From a virus (taxonomy: Duplodnaviria; Heunggongvirae; Uroviricota; Caudoviricetes): 64,000 nt of DNA. Positions 1 through 10,811 of the stretch are shown piece after piece; position 1 is the stretch's first letter; each line of letters starts with the position of its first letter. A program made the translations under genes and the position numbers. The stretch lies in IMG/VR virus record IMGVR_UViG_3300025018_003790; one strand, given 5' to 3'. Under the pieces are notes generated by a model that did not search any database, was not told where the DNA came from, and was given only the letters and a program-made list of their open reading frames with translations.

Positions 1-137
1 GCCATGCTAATTGTAGCCTCATGTGCGTCTTTACCAATAATTTGTTTTAAATGATTCCTAAAAAGTTCTTTCAAATCATCTTTAGGTCTATTCCCAAAAA
101 ACCATGGGCACAAATCATTTTTCGTCACTTTCTCCAT
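1..137 (-). CDS. hypothetical protein, N-terminal part only (gene continues past window start)
   Basis: ATG at 135-137 preceded by GAGGAGA Shine-Dalgarno; open frame MEKVTKNDLCPWFFGNRPKDDLKELF... runs off the window edge. Confidence 0.35.
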   Translation of the reverse strand, partial: MEKVTKNDLCPWFFGNRPKDDLKELFRNHLKQIIGKDAHEATISM

Positions 138-199
138 CTCTCGGTCTCCTCGTGAAAGAATTATCTCATAGTAACAGGCTACGACTGGCACTGGAAGTA

Positions 200-499
200 T
201 TAACTATCTTTTTTGCTTGATTCGCTCAAACTTATAGATTTACCATTATCAAATAAATTATCTATTTCTCTAGAATAACCGCTCTTGTATGAATGGTTTA
301 TAAAAAAGGGCAATTTTATTATTTTTATTTCTTTTGTATCTCTTAAAAAACATACTATGATATTTTTACTTATTTTCCATTTTATGGCATATTGAACACG
401 ATTAATTGATAGGGTATTTGGAACGTCATAGGAAGATGAATAAAGTGTAAATTTAATTCCATCTTCTTCAACAGTGTGAAGATTTGAATGCATTTTCAT
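200..499 (-). CDS. hypothetical protein
   Basis: ORF track; 4-nt overlap with upstream gene 496..969 in the same minus-strand operon. Confidence 0.4.
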   Translation of the reverse strand: MKMHSNLHTVEEDGIKFTLYSSSYDVPNTLSINRVQYAIKWKISKNIIVCFLRDTKEIKIIKLPFFINHSYKSGYSREIDNLFDNGKSISLSESSKKDS

Positions 500-969
500 T
501 TCTTCCTTTTAGCCATCGACACAGAGCGATCATTTTCAGATGGGTTTTGTTTAACAATTGAGATGCCAGTTTCAATAGGTTTTTTCCCATTAATTTTTTT
601 TATTCCTAAAATTAATTGTTTTTTTTCTTGTTGCTCAACTTTTAATATTTTCTTTTTTTCTTCTATTAAAAATTCTTCATGATCTTTTATCATTATCCCC
701 AAAAATTCTTTAGATTTCACAAACAAATCATCAACAACTTCATCTTCTCCTAATTTATATGAATAAATTTTTGGTTTAAAAAAATCTTCAATAGTTATAG
801 CCTCTTTTTTGGTATAAAAAACAATTTTTGTTCTCCAAGATATTTTCCATTCAATTGAATAATACCAATCATTCGAATTCCAATATTTAACTTTGAATAG
901 ACGAACTTTAAATTTCCCAAATTTTTTCTTTTCAAGTAAAATTCTAGCACTAATATCTATGTCGGTCAT
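496..969 (-). CDS. hypothetical Lys-rich protein
   Basis: ORF track; overlapping stop/start with flanking genes; no recognisable motif. Confidence 0.45.
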   Translation of the reverse strand: MTDIDISARILLEKKKFGKFKVRLFKVKYWNSNDWYYSIEWKISWRTKIVFYTKKEAITIEDFFKPKIYSYKLGEDEVVDDLFVKSKEFLGIMIKDHEEFLIEEKKKILKVEQQEKKQLILGIKKINGKKPIETGISIVKQNPSENDRSVSMAKRKK

Positions 970-1802
970 TCCTTTTCTCCAGTGTCTCCGAACAAATCTG
1001 AAAATTCTTTTTCTGCCATCTCGCTCATTGCTTCAGCGAATTTGGTTAAATCACAGCCATAAAGACCGGCGCAACTTCCTGCGTTTATTTCAACCACTTT
1101 GAAGCCGTCCGGTGTTTCACAAACATCTAATGCCCAAACTGGATCTGGTGAAAATTTCGATGGCAAAACATTTTCAACAAAATCAAAAACTTCTTGTTTG
1201 ATTCTTTGTGTCATCTCTAATTTTTTATCTATTAAATAACTAGAGGCTGTCACTATCTTTCCATTTGAAATAATAAATCGCCATTCAGAGAAAATTAGTT
1301 TTGGTTTGGCAACAACAACTAATGTTTCTGGAAATGGTTGGCAAAACGAAATTAAGTTAATATCGTTCTCCCAATTTTGACTATAAATTAGACATCCTTT
1401 AAAAACTTTTTCACCAACATTTGGCCTAACAAAAACACATCCGTCTTCACCCAAAGTATCTAATAAAAACTCTTTTTGTTTAATTAAATCACCATAAGGC
1501 ATCATTATATATGGTGAATTTAAAAGAGACTCAGAAAAGAAAGGATAATAATTTGTGCATTTATACTTATCAAATGAAGCAAAAGCTCCAGGATAGTTTT
1601 TTGTTGAACTTAAAATATAATTACAACCTTGTATGCTACCATAAAAAATTGCTGGATTTTTTAGTTCAAAGTCACAATCAGAAAGACTACGGTATGGCAT
1701 ATAATCTAATTCTATTAAATCAAAACCTAAAGATTTGATAGAATCAACTAAATCCCCATGCGTTTCTTCAAACACTTTTTTTTCTAGCATCCAGGTAATC
1801 AT
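966..1802 (-). CDS. ATP-grasp fold ligase-like protein
   Basis: Motifs VFVRPNVGEKVFKGCLI, EWRFIISNGKIV and LDVCETPDGFKVVEINAGSCAG resemble ATP-grasp K-loop / E-x-R / C-terminal EhN signatures; GGGAGAG SD before the ATG. Confidence 0.45.
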   Translation of the reverse strand: MITWMLEKKVFEETHGDLVDSIKSLGFDLIELDYMPYRSLSDCDFELKNPAIFYGSIQGCNYILSSTKNYPGAFASFDKYKCTNYYPFFSESLLNSPYIMMPYGDLIKQKEFLLDTLGEDGCVFVRPNVGEKVFKGCLIYSQNWENDINLISFCQPFPETLVVVAKPKLIFSEWRFIISNGKIVTASSYLIDKKLEMTQRIKQEVFDFVENVLPSKFSPDPVWALDVCETPDGFKVVEINAGSCAGLYGCDLTKFAEAMSEMAEKEFSDLFGDTGEKE

Positions 1803-1811
1803 GGCTCTCCC

Positions 1812-2300
1812 TCAAAGAACAATTTCATCCCACTCTTCAAATCTCGATTTGGGCCACTCTAAATCTCCATAATCCGGTGATGGTTCTGAAAGATTATATT
1901 TCGTTTTAAGATAAATTTCTGCTCCTTTAACATATCCGAATTCTTTAACATAAGTGATATAAATAGGGATACAACTTTTAAAATTCATATCATATAAAGA
2001 CAAAAATACCTTATCACCAAATGAATCTTCTAACTCTATTAAACTATCAGATCCTAACCAAACCTCAACATCAAATTCTTGTGTGAATTTAAACAAATAA
2101 GAACCGTCATTAATTAGTGAAATAGATATGTGTTCATTTTTATCAGAAATCACTTCCCAAAAAATATGACCTTTATTGAAACACGATGATAAAAATTTAA
2201 CTCTTGAAATAGAAATAGGTTTTTTGTTGTTTTTTGTTATTTTGATAATTACATCATTAATCCGAGGACAGACCAGATTCTCTGCTAGTTGGATTTCCAT
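1812..2300 (-). CDS. hypothetical protein
   Basis: ORF track; tiles the operon. Confidence 0.45.
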   Translation of the reverse strand: MEIQLAENLVCPRINDVIIKITKNNKKPISISRVKFLSSCFNKGHIFWEVISDKNEHISISLINDGSYLFKFTQEFDVEVWLGSDSLIELEDSFGDKVFLSLYDMNFKSCIPIYITYVKEFGYVKGAEIYLKTKYNLSEPSPDYGDLEWPKSRFEEWDEIVL

Positions 2301-2328
2301 TCAGACGATCCCTTTCTGTTAGTAATAA

Positions 2329-3717
2329 TTATATGATCCATCTAGCTATTCCAATTTTGTTTTGATTACACCATATTTTAAGTATTTCCAGATCCTTCGG
2401 GGTTGGTGATTGGTTTAATCTTTTTCTAGCTTGCACAACTTTCATAGAATTGGGATTTACTTCAACTGTTAACAATCTTTTAATTCCTAAAAAATTATCA
2501 GTAACACGTAAAGACCAAATACTTGAATTCCCTGATGCACATGAATTCCCATAACTAAAGACACAATGATGCATCTCCTTTCCTTCTTCTATAAGATCTT
2601 TTAAGTTAAGCAACTCAACCATTTCATAAATTTTTAGATTTTTTTCTTTGCCTTCTTTGTACAAAAAAGGTTTAAAATCCATAGAATCCCATTTTTCTGC
2701 TTTATATTTTCTTTTCAATAAATTGTTTAATGCGTGCCATTCTTCCATTTGCTTAATGGTTGCATCAACTTCACGCTGCCTCATTGAAAAATTTGGTTGA
2801 ACAGGAATTAAAAAATTGGGGTGTTCTGGATCAGGAATTCTTCTAGCATATTTCTGGTTGAAAAAGAAATCAATCAGTGGCCCATAATAATTAGGATCAA
2901 GCATTGGGTTATCAATAAACCATTTAAAAACAGATTCCCAAAAGATATTTTCCTGTTCACTAAAATCTGTGGCAAGTCTTGTGCCTAGAACTCCATTCAC
3001 AATCCTTTCATCTCCACCCATAGCTAAAATTTGCCCCCATCTAATTGCTTCGGGCATTGAATAAGAATCTGGTGCCATCATCATATAATGAGCAGCTTTT
3101 TTTGTCAATTTTAGCGGAAGATTTTCTGCTGTTCTAATGTTGTTGCCAGAAGCAACATGAGTATACCAAGTCAAATCTTTGTCTAAAAGCAATTGAATAT
3201 TTGGTAGAGCAGAATTTAGCCAAACATTATCAAAAAACTTCGGGACAGGATAAATAGAAAAACAATGATGAACCAAAGATATTAATTGTCTATCTATGTT
3301 GTGACTTTTACATTCCCATTCAGTTATCGGTCTAATTATTTTTTCATTCATTATCGCTATTTTAATAAAAGTATAAGCAACTTTTATTAAATAGTCTTTA
3401 TCTGAAAATTTACATTTTCTTTTAGAACTCAACTCTAAAAGTTCTTTGATTGGTTGAGCCAATTGTTTATTATCTTTGTTATGACAAACAACTCTGTCTA
3501 TTTCTTTAATCAATTCATTTTTCAACAAAATTCTTTGTGAGTATTTAATTCTCCCTAACAACAATTGATAAAAATAATCTATTTCTTCTTGTTCAATATC
3601 TTTTTTCGAATTATTTGAAGATAAAATCAATTCAGCAGTTTTAGCGCTTTTTTCTCTAGCTTTTTTAAAATCCCTTATTCTTTCTGCTCGCATCTTTTTT
3701 CGAGAAGAGCTTGGCAT
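2329..3717 (-). CDS. hypothetical protein (462 aa)
   Basis: Long uninterrupted ORF in the same operon; no motif recognised. Confidence 0.5.
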   Translation of the reverse strand: MPSSSRKKMRAERIRDFKKAREKSAKTAELILSSNNSKKDIEQEEIDYFYQLLLGRIKYSQRILLKNELIKEIDRVVCHNKDNKQLAQPIKELLELSSKRKCKFSDKDYLIKVAYTFIKIAIMNEKIIRPITEWECKSHNIDRQLISLVHHCFSIYPVPKFFDNVWLNSALPNIQLLLDKDLTWYTHVASGNNIRTAENLPLKLTKKAAHYMMMAPDSYSMPEAIRWGQILAMGGDERIVNGVLGTRLATDFSEQENIFWESVFKWFIDNPMLDPNYYGPLIDFFFNQKYARRIPDPEHPNFLIPVQPNFSMRQREVDATIKQMEEWHALNNLLKRKYKAEKWDSMDFKPFLYKEGKEKNLKIYEMVELLNLKDLIEEGKEMHHCVFSYGNSCASGNSSIWSLRVTDNFLGIKRLLTVEVNPNSMKVVQARKRLNQSPTPKDLEILKIWCNQNKIGIARWII

Positions 3718-3770
3718 TGGATTACCCGATCTTTGTGATTAATTCTATTCGCTCACAGATATCTTCGATT

Positions 3771-4235
3771 CTAGCCATGTGATCCCATATTCCTTTCTTT
3801 GAACCAATCTGGAGTTATAGAATACTTCCATTTTGCAAAATATGATTTTTCTTTAATATAGTATCTCTGGTATGCTGTCACTATATTTTTGTCTTTATAT
3901 TCTTCCGGCATAGCTTGCGGTGGATCTGTAAAACCAATGTCTTCTATTGGTGGCTCATTTTTCATCAACCACTCTATTTTTTCTTGTGTTTTATGGATTT
4001 TATTATATCTATAAGTATATTCATAACAAAGAGCCAAAGCTAATTCTCCTAACCAACGATAATTAGACAAAGAAATTCTAACCCATTTACAACATGGGTG
4101 ATTTTTATGTGTTAAACGATATGGAGCTTCTCCACCCAAAACCCAATGTGCTGATGATAATATTTGTGCAGATTCTAAAATCATTTTAACAACGTGCTTG
4201 TCGCAATGATGTTTCGCACAAACATTTGGATCCAT
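3771..4235 (-). CDS. hypothetical Cys/His-rich protein
   Basis: ORF track; CAKHHCDKH...HPCCKW cluster suggests metal binding. Confidence 0.45.
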   Translation of the reverse strand: MDPNVCAKHHCDKHVVKMILESAQILSSAHWVLGGEAPYRLTHKNHPCCKWVRISLSNYRWLGELALALCYEYTYRYNKIHKTQEKIEWLMKNEPPIEDIGFTDPPQAMPEEYKDKNIVTAYQRYYIKEKSYFAKWKYSITPDWFKERNMGSHG

Positions 4236-4605
4236 ATTAAGAAAAAAATATTCATAAGACCCGCTCGACCAGAACCGACAATGCGATCTTCATCACGATC
4301 CTTTCTTCTCCATCCAACTGCGAGACAAACACCTATTGATATTATTAATTAAAAAAAGATCTGATGTTTCTATTATCTTAAACTCTGTGATTTTAGACTC
4401 TGTGATTTTAGAATCCTTTCAAGCAATTCTCTTTTCTTTTGTTCAGCAAGTTGTTCTTTTCTAGCTTGTCTCTTCTCTACTTCTACAACTTTTTTGCAAA
4501 GAATTTTCACCAGTTTCTATTAAACGATCAATTAATTTATTATCATGTTTACGATAAATAAAATATATAACAAAACAACAACTTATTTTGACATAATTAT
4601 CCGAG

Positions 4606-4664
4606 GGGGAAAAAGACATGTTTGTTTTCCAGTCGATATCCCATGAAACAACATGTCTTTTTTT
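4606..4664 (-). terminator. bidirectional intrinsic terminator-like hairpin
   Basis: Inverted repeat AAAAGACATGTTTGTT / AACAACATGTCTTTTT (about 14 bp stem) flanked by a T-run on one side and an A-run on the other; lies in the 520-bp intergenic gap after the HNH gene. Confidence 0.5.
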
Positions 4665-4758
4665 AAGGAATAACTAAATTGGGCTGTCCTAATTCTTACT
4701 AATTTTCCATCTATCTCCCCTTTACAATAGATGTCTTTCATTCATCCCATTCTTTCTC

Positions 4759-4992
4759 TCACCATTTATAATCCCCGTTTTTTTCAGCTTCCAAAATATC
4801 TAAAATTGTTTTTCTTGGATTGCCACCTATAGCGCCGTTTTCTGCTGCATAAACAAGCATTTTATAAACAACAGCACAAGGGCACTTAATTCTTTTATGG
4901 GCTATATTCTCACATGTTTCGCATAAAACAATTAGATTTACCGGGCGATTTTCACCTCCTTTTGAGGCTGGAATAATATGATGTGCAATCAA
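4759..4992 (-). CDS. HNH homing endonuclease (annotated from TTG; domain extends upstream in frame)
   Basis: HHIIPASKGGENRPVNLIVLCETCENIAHKR = HNH motif. The frame stays open upstream to about 5110 and encodes DRCEICGN, the first CxxC of the HNH zinc site, but contains no ATG/GTG/TTG. Confidence 0.55.
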   Translation of the reverse strand: MIAHHIIPASKGGENRPVNLIVLCETCENIAHKRIKCPCAVVYKMLVYAAENGAIGGNPRKTILDILEAEKNGDYKW

Positions 4993-5122
4993 ATCCTCTT
5001 TTGAATTCCCACAAATTTCACAACGATCACTCCGTTTGTGAACTTGTCCCCTAACCCAACCGCTTGTACCCCTTTTTCTCCTTTTGTGTTTCTTTTTTGA
5101 TAAAATGATGAATCACCACCTT

Positions 5123-5578
5123 TCATTGATTCTCTAAATTTATTTGATAATCGAAATAAAAATAACCACGTCCAGTAGATTTTTTTGCAATCTCAAATGA
5201 TTTGAAACTTTTAAAGAATTCAGAAGAAACAGAGTCATGTGGCCCAACCATTAACTCATTTAGTCCCACATGCTTTGCTATTGAAGAAACTAATCGCTTC
5301 CCAATACCTAATCTTCTAAACTTTTCATCAACAAAAACACCAACAGCTTCAAATCGTTGAAAGAAGAGACACCATCCAACTATCTCTTCATTGACAACCG
5401 CAAAACAGATGGGGAAATCAGGATATCTTTTTCTATTTTTGATGTAGCATTTCATGTGCCCATCTGGAAAACATAGTTGTCTAAATCTTTTCCATTGATC
5501 TTCTGTTATGTCAGAAAATTTCTTAATGAAGATTTCAACGTTCATTGGGTTCCTCGCTAGATTTAGGATTTTCCTCAA
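5123..5578 (-). CDS. GNAT family N-acetyltransferase
   Basis: Motif A VDEKFRRLGIGKRLV (R-x-x-G-x-G) and upstream NEEIVGWCLF beta-strand typical of GNAT. Confidence 0.7.
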   Translation of the reverse strand: MRKILNLARNPMNVEIFIKKFSDITEDQWKRFRQLCFPDGHMKCYIKNRKRYPDFPICFAVVNEEIVGWCLFFQRFEAVGVFVDEKFRRLGIGKRLVSSIAKHVGLNELMVGPHDSVSSEFFKSFKSFEIAKKSTGRGYFYFDYQINLENQ

Positions 5579-5953
5579 GGATAGGTTCTACTTTCATCAA
5601 AATCTTGTTTTTTAATTCAGAGGCTGTTAAAAGAATAGATGTTAATGGACCATGTTCGCATCTTATTCTATTGATTTGGTTGAACAAGTTCTCGTCTGCT
5701 ACAAAGTCCATGAGAACACAATCTTTTATTAAACAGTCAGCTATATAGTATTGTTCTCCTTCCTCTTTAAAATAAGGGGAGAAACAACCAAGTATTGTCA
5801 AACTTATCGACTTGCTCTCTGGTTTCACAAGGCATCTCCTGACTTTGGTGTTTAAACAAAAGAACACCGAAAATAAGATTTAAACATTCGTGATAGTCTG
5901 AAGAAAATTTATAAGATTAAAAGACCAGATGTCACAGAGCAAAGAGACTCAGC

Positions 5954-6163
5954 TTAATATTCTTTTTTATTTTTAGATAATTTCCAACACATGTGTGAAG
6001 TTGAAATAAAACAAACCATGAGAGAGAATAGAAAAAAACTATATAGATTTAATCTATTGTATCCTATAAGTGCTCCACAAAGAATGAAATAACCAATAAA
6101 AATTGTTGAACAAACAGCTATTTCCCCAAAATTAGTTTGTTTGTCATTGCTCTCTTCTGCCAT
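5954..6163 (-). CDS. small membrane protein (70 aa)
   Basis: Internal ATG at 6161-6163 preceded by AAGGAGAG SD; hydrophobic helix IFIGYFILCGALIGY. The longer ORF-track version runs into a GC-rich leader and is probably not translated. Confidence 0.45.
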   Translation of the reverse strand: MAEESNDKQTNFGEIAVCSTIFIGYFILCGALIGYNRLNLYSFFLFSLMVCFISTSHMCWKLSKNKKEY

Positions 6164-6164
6164 C

Positions 6165-6275
6165 ACGTCTCTCCTTGGCCGCCCCATCCCCGGGGGCCAA
6201 GCTTGCCGCTGCTGGGCCTCTCTGGCCCTCCTAGCGACCTGTGGCACCATTATAGCATCTCCGCAGAGGGCTTTG
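6165..6275 (-). promoter_or_regulatory. GC-rich leader with TATAAT -10 element (GCTATAATGGTGCCAC)
   Basis: About 70% GC patch in an AT-rich context; TATAAT at 6249-6254 (minus) followed by a palindrome-rich 5' leader (CCCCGGGGG, GGCCAAGCTTGCC) ending at the SD of 5954..6163. Confidence 0.4.
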
Positions 6276-7115
6276 GGCTTGAAATGATTCAGGTGCATGA
6301 AGATGACATAATTGCATGTGCGTTAACTCGGTTGATAAGTCTTTTCTTTTTTAACTGTTCTTTTGTTAGAAAACTTTCCGGTGAAATTTGCATCAGGTCG
6401 CAGCTTTTGAAGACGTTAAAATCTTCATACCATTCATTTGGATTTTTCTCGTCAATTAAATCGTCGCCCTCAAACTCTGCACAGCTACGTTTAGCACAAA
6501 AATCTTTTGACCGCTGAACCACATCATCAAAGTTATTTGTCACAAATAACTCTGGTGACAACTCGGAAACACCATCTCTTTTTACTTGCTTTACATGATA
6601 AATCACATAAGTTATTATTTCTTCTCTACAAACTTTTTCTTCAAACACTCGAACTTTTCTTTTTGATTTTGTTCTTTCTTTTCTTTTTCTTCAAGTTTTC
6701 TGCGTACTAGATATTCATCGAAAAGTTTTTCCATTTTATCTGAAACAAAATCTTCGATGTTGAGTTGATTAAAATCACCAGACTCAAAGACGACTAACTC
6801 GTCTATCCATTCACTTTGATACAAATTTTTTTTCTTCAACAAGTTTTTTTCTATTAAGTCCACGCTTATTTTTATCATAGACAAGACGCTTGCTTTCCAT
6901 GAAAATTTTATCTGCAAAATTTTTCAGTTTTTCTTCATCCATAATTTCATGTGACACTTAAAGTGTGTTTAGATCATCATCATCATATGGATATCTGTCT
7001 CTTCGAATGTAAACTAAATATTTCTTCATGTCTTCCCTTTCTAAATCTAATTCCCTTACATCCATTATACCACTGACGGCAGAGAGGCACACCTTGGAAG
7101 CCTAGTAACCTTGAT

Positions 7116-7589
7116 CTATCCTTCAACAAGATCAATAGAGTTTTCAAGAATTTTGACAAGCTGTGGATTGATGTTGAATCGTGTAGCATTTATTTCAATG
7201 CTTTTTCGCAGGTTTCCATCATTTTGTCTTTGACAAGCAGAAGCACAATCACAAAAAAATTCTACTAGATCCAACAAATTAAAATCATCTATCCCATTTT
7301 TGAAGTGATCTGGATGGTGTCTATTGTTGGCATAGTGGTGAGCTAAAGCTGGCCCCATGTTCTTCAAATGTTCATTGTACTCTTCTGATCCATAAGTTGT
7401 TGCAGCCAATTTGGGCGTGAACTCTGTGAACAACTCAACTTCTGGACTTGAAAGTTTTGAGGCGTCGTGATCTTCGCCTCTCGAAATCAACTCACACGCC
7501 AATTTGTTGATCTTTTTTTGAACCAAATTAATATGATTCATTGTGTGAAAATTCGTTGCTTGTTCTTTGATCGTTAACTCTTTACTCAT
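7116..7589 (-). CDS. HD-domain phosphohydrolase
   Basis: H...HD motif (GEDHDASK) plus downstream HHYANNRHHPDHF histidines and a late aspartate, as in HD superfamily metal-dependent phosphohydrolases. Confidence 0.55.
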   Translation of the reverse strand: MSKELTIKEQATNFHTMNHINLVQKKINKLACELISRGEDHDASKLSSPEVELFTEFTPKLAATTYGSEEYNEHLKNMGPALAHHYANNRHHPDHFKNGIDDFNLLDLVEFFCDCASACQRQNDGNLRKSIEINATRFNINPQLVKILENSIDLVEG

Positions 7590-10058
7590 TTATCATTTCC
7601 TCTCTTATAAAAACTATCTCTTTTGCTAAACTTTCATATTTTTTATCTAAATCTTTTTGATATTCTACAATTAATTCTAAACATCCAAAAATTTTGGCGC
7701 TGTTTTCATCCATTAAATCTATTTTATCCTTTTGAGAATCTAAGATTTCTAGAAAAACATTCAATAATTTTATTAAATTTTTATTCCATACTTCAGATGG
7801 ACTTTTAATTAAATCTTCTTCTGTTTTTTTCATTTTTGTCCCCTCTAAATTTTTGAAGGTTCTCAAGCGATAGTCAAATAACCAGGGAATTCTTTTTCTA
7901 AAATTTTCAATTGGCACCTGTTTTCTAGCTCTTTTTTAAGATCTTCTTCTCTCATAGGAATTAAAGTCCAATTATTGTAAGAAAGTTTGTTTACAAAGAA
8001 ATCTTTATAAACATGTGCTAAAAAATAATTACCTTTTTTTGTCTTTAAAACAAAGACTATGTAATCTATCCCACAAAAATATAGATCATATCTCCCGATT
8101 ATTTTTGATTCTGATGTTTTATAAACAACTTGATCTTTAATTATCATAATAGCGGGTGGGCCTGAAATTTCTTGAGAGTCTTTATATATTTGAACTGCAC
8201 GAACAGTAAAAAAGCTCACAGCAGCAAGAATCACTAGCCAAATAACCCACATCTTTAGTCTCCTTTAGGATCAACAGACATACTAACTTTTATCCTATAA
8301 TCTTCAAATGATAAATCATCTGTAACAAAAACTCTTAAATAACAATTATTCAAGAACATGATTTGCAATTCTTTACCTTTTTCCAAAATGTTATCTTCAT
8401 CAGTGTCTAAAAAGACAAAAAGAGATTCTTCTAAAAATTCAGTTTCTGGGAAAAAAGATTCTGCGACTGAAACATGCCCAACCGAAAGAAGTGATTTAAA
8501 TCCATCTAAATCAACTGTTATTTTGTGATTATAAAAAATTTCTTTATAATTATCTGTTGTAAATTGTAATAAATCTAAATCTTTGATAGATTTTTCTAAT
8601 AGTTTATTTTTAAAATCTTTCATTGAATATAATATCTCGAACTGATCTGGATTAAAAATGTTTCCTTCTACATAACTAATAATTCCAATTATGTTCTTAA
8701 TCTTTTGTTTTGATTTTTCGTCTAATGCTTTGATGTATTCTAGAAAAATTCTTTTATTCTTTTGTGTCTCTAGTCTTGTTAAATGTTCTTTAGATTCTCT
8801 TTGTGTTTTAAAGATTAAGCCGTCGAATGACTTATAGAATTTATTAGATTTTCCATCTAATAAACATTCAAAGAAATTCTCACCGATGTAGGCTTTCTCA
8901 TTAACTTTCATTTTTCTTCTCTCCCTCTAGATAATCAGTTAGCACTTTGGTTGATCTAGCCAAACTTGTGACTGTTTTCGTTAATTCTTCAATTTTTTTC
9001 AAATTGTCAGAAATTTGTTTTTTTCTAATTTCTTGCAAATATTCTAATTCAAAGACACGATCTGAAAGAGAATTTATTGTTTCTGTGTTTATTCTCAACT
9101 CTTTTTCATTCTCAAGTCCTTTATCCCTTGATCTTCCCCACATTATGATTCCTCTCTTTAAAACAAATCACCATTTTCTTCACATTTTATGTCTTCATAA
9201 TCAGCAGCATATCTTCGATAAAACTCTTGTTTAATATTTTCGAGCACACCAGTTATCATCGCAATTTTTGAATACTTCGGAGTGCCAAAAGTTTCTAACA
9301 AAACTTTTGTGAATGAATAATTAATTAAACCAAGATAATTAATTGGAGTAAAATTAGCTTCTTTTTCAATTGCATCAGCTAGTTCTTTAATTTTTGGGTC
9401 AAGGTTTTCTCTCTGCTCTTGTTTGATGTATGGCATTTTTATCTCTTTCTTAAAAAAGGGGGACTGATCTAACCAATTCTTTTTTCTGCTTCTAGTTGTA
9501 GAAAAAACTTTTTGAAATCATCAGATACAACCGCTCCTTAACATATTCATAGCATTAAAAGTCTTCGGTGAAATCCTTTGAATTATTCTAATATCTTTGA
9601 CACCATCTCTTGCCTCCAAAATCTTTCCTTCTTTCCAGATGAAAATAACTTAGTCTCCTTGTGTCCAGATTACTTTAACAAGCTTGTTTGAATAATTATT
9701 TAAAACGAAATCGCCACGAAGCATTAAGTCACATCTGGGACAATAAAACATTTCAATAACATCATGGAATCCTTATCGACTCCACCGATCATAATTAGAC
9801 AAGGATGAATTAAAAACAAACTCTTTATGTCGGCAATCTTCTCTTGGTTCTTTGTTTAAAAACAACTCTTCCATCCAAAAATAAAGAAATGCCATAGCTT
9901 CTAACAATTCATCTTCTAGGATTTCTTTTGCAATTGGTCTTTTGTCATTCATAGCTGAAATTATATTGCCGACTTGATTAATCAACGCTGCGAGTTTTAG
10001 GTTATTAGAAGATCCTCTAAGGTACTCTGTGTCTGAAATTAGATTTTCCGAAGAAGTT

Positions 10059-10463
10059 TTATCTATTCATCTTTTCCGCAAACACCTCAAAATCGAACTT
10101 TGTTTGTCCTTGAAGTTCAAGTTGTTCGAAACGATCTTGAAGATATTTTGAGTGAAGTTCGGGATCTTCACCCAGATCCAAAACACTATATACTTCATCA
10201 TAATGATTAGCTGATAACCTTTGTTCTGCTAATTCATCGGCACGCAAAAATGCTTCATGTTCATCAAACGCTGCAACTATAATAACTTCTATTTCTGATG
10301 TTTTTTCTTCCGCAAGCTCACCATTTTCATCAGTGTATTCATTAACACAAACAGATTCTAAAACTACCTCAAATGCGTGCTTTATTTTCTCACAGGCTAA
10401 AGCTTCCATTTTATTTAATTCTTCTTTTCTTTTTTTTGTTTTTTCTTCCAGATCTTTAAGCAT
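10059..10463 (-). CDS. small highly acidic protein
   Basis: ORF track; Glu/Asp-rich (…DENGELAEEKTSEIEVIIVAAFDEHEAF…). Confidence 0.4.
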   Translation of the reverse strand: MLKDLEEKTKKRKEELNKMEALACEKIKHAFEVVLESVCVNEYTDENGELAEEKTSEIEVIIVAAFDEHEAFLRADELAEQRLSANHYDEVYSVLDLGEDPELHSKYLQDRFEQLELQGQTKFDFEVFAEKMNR

Positions 10464-10811
10464 TGTTTACAATCTGAAGTAGGCTTTCTGATCGCCTTGT
10501 AATATGGATGATCCTTGCATTTTAATTCAATCATTTGTTTCCTCCTGCCTTACGGATACGATCTTGTTTTGTATTATACCCGAGCCCCTGGGGGTTTTGG
10601 TTTTGGATTTAATTAATTAGATTTCGTTTGAATAGTATATTTTGAATTTGTATTGTTAAGCAATTCCTTAATTTTATCAATCGAATCCATGTTGACAATC
10701 ACCACATCCCAAGAATATTCTTCACCATCCATAACAAATGATTTTCTCACTAAAAAATCACGACTGCTCACTTCGTTGCTGTGAAGATAATTCCTCACAT
10801 GTGTTAGGCTT

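Noticed and set aside
5081-5100. Programmed -1 frameshift at ATCAAAAAAG linking the GNAT frame to the HNH frame
   Set aside because: The HNH frame is +1 (not -1) relative to the GNAT frame, and the GNAT gene ends with its own TGA before the run. There is no stimulatory structure, so this is kept only as an unexplained start problem.
6137-6517. Plus-strand ORF 6137..6517 and the long version of 5954..6298
   Set aside because: Both run through the GC-rich leader 6165-6275, and an SD-preceded internal ATG at 6163 gives a sensible 70-aa membrane protein. The plus-strand ORF overlaps better-supported minus-strand genes.
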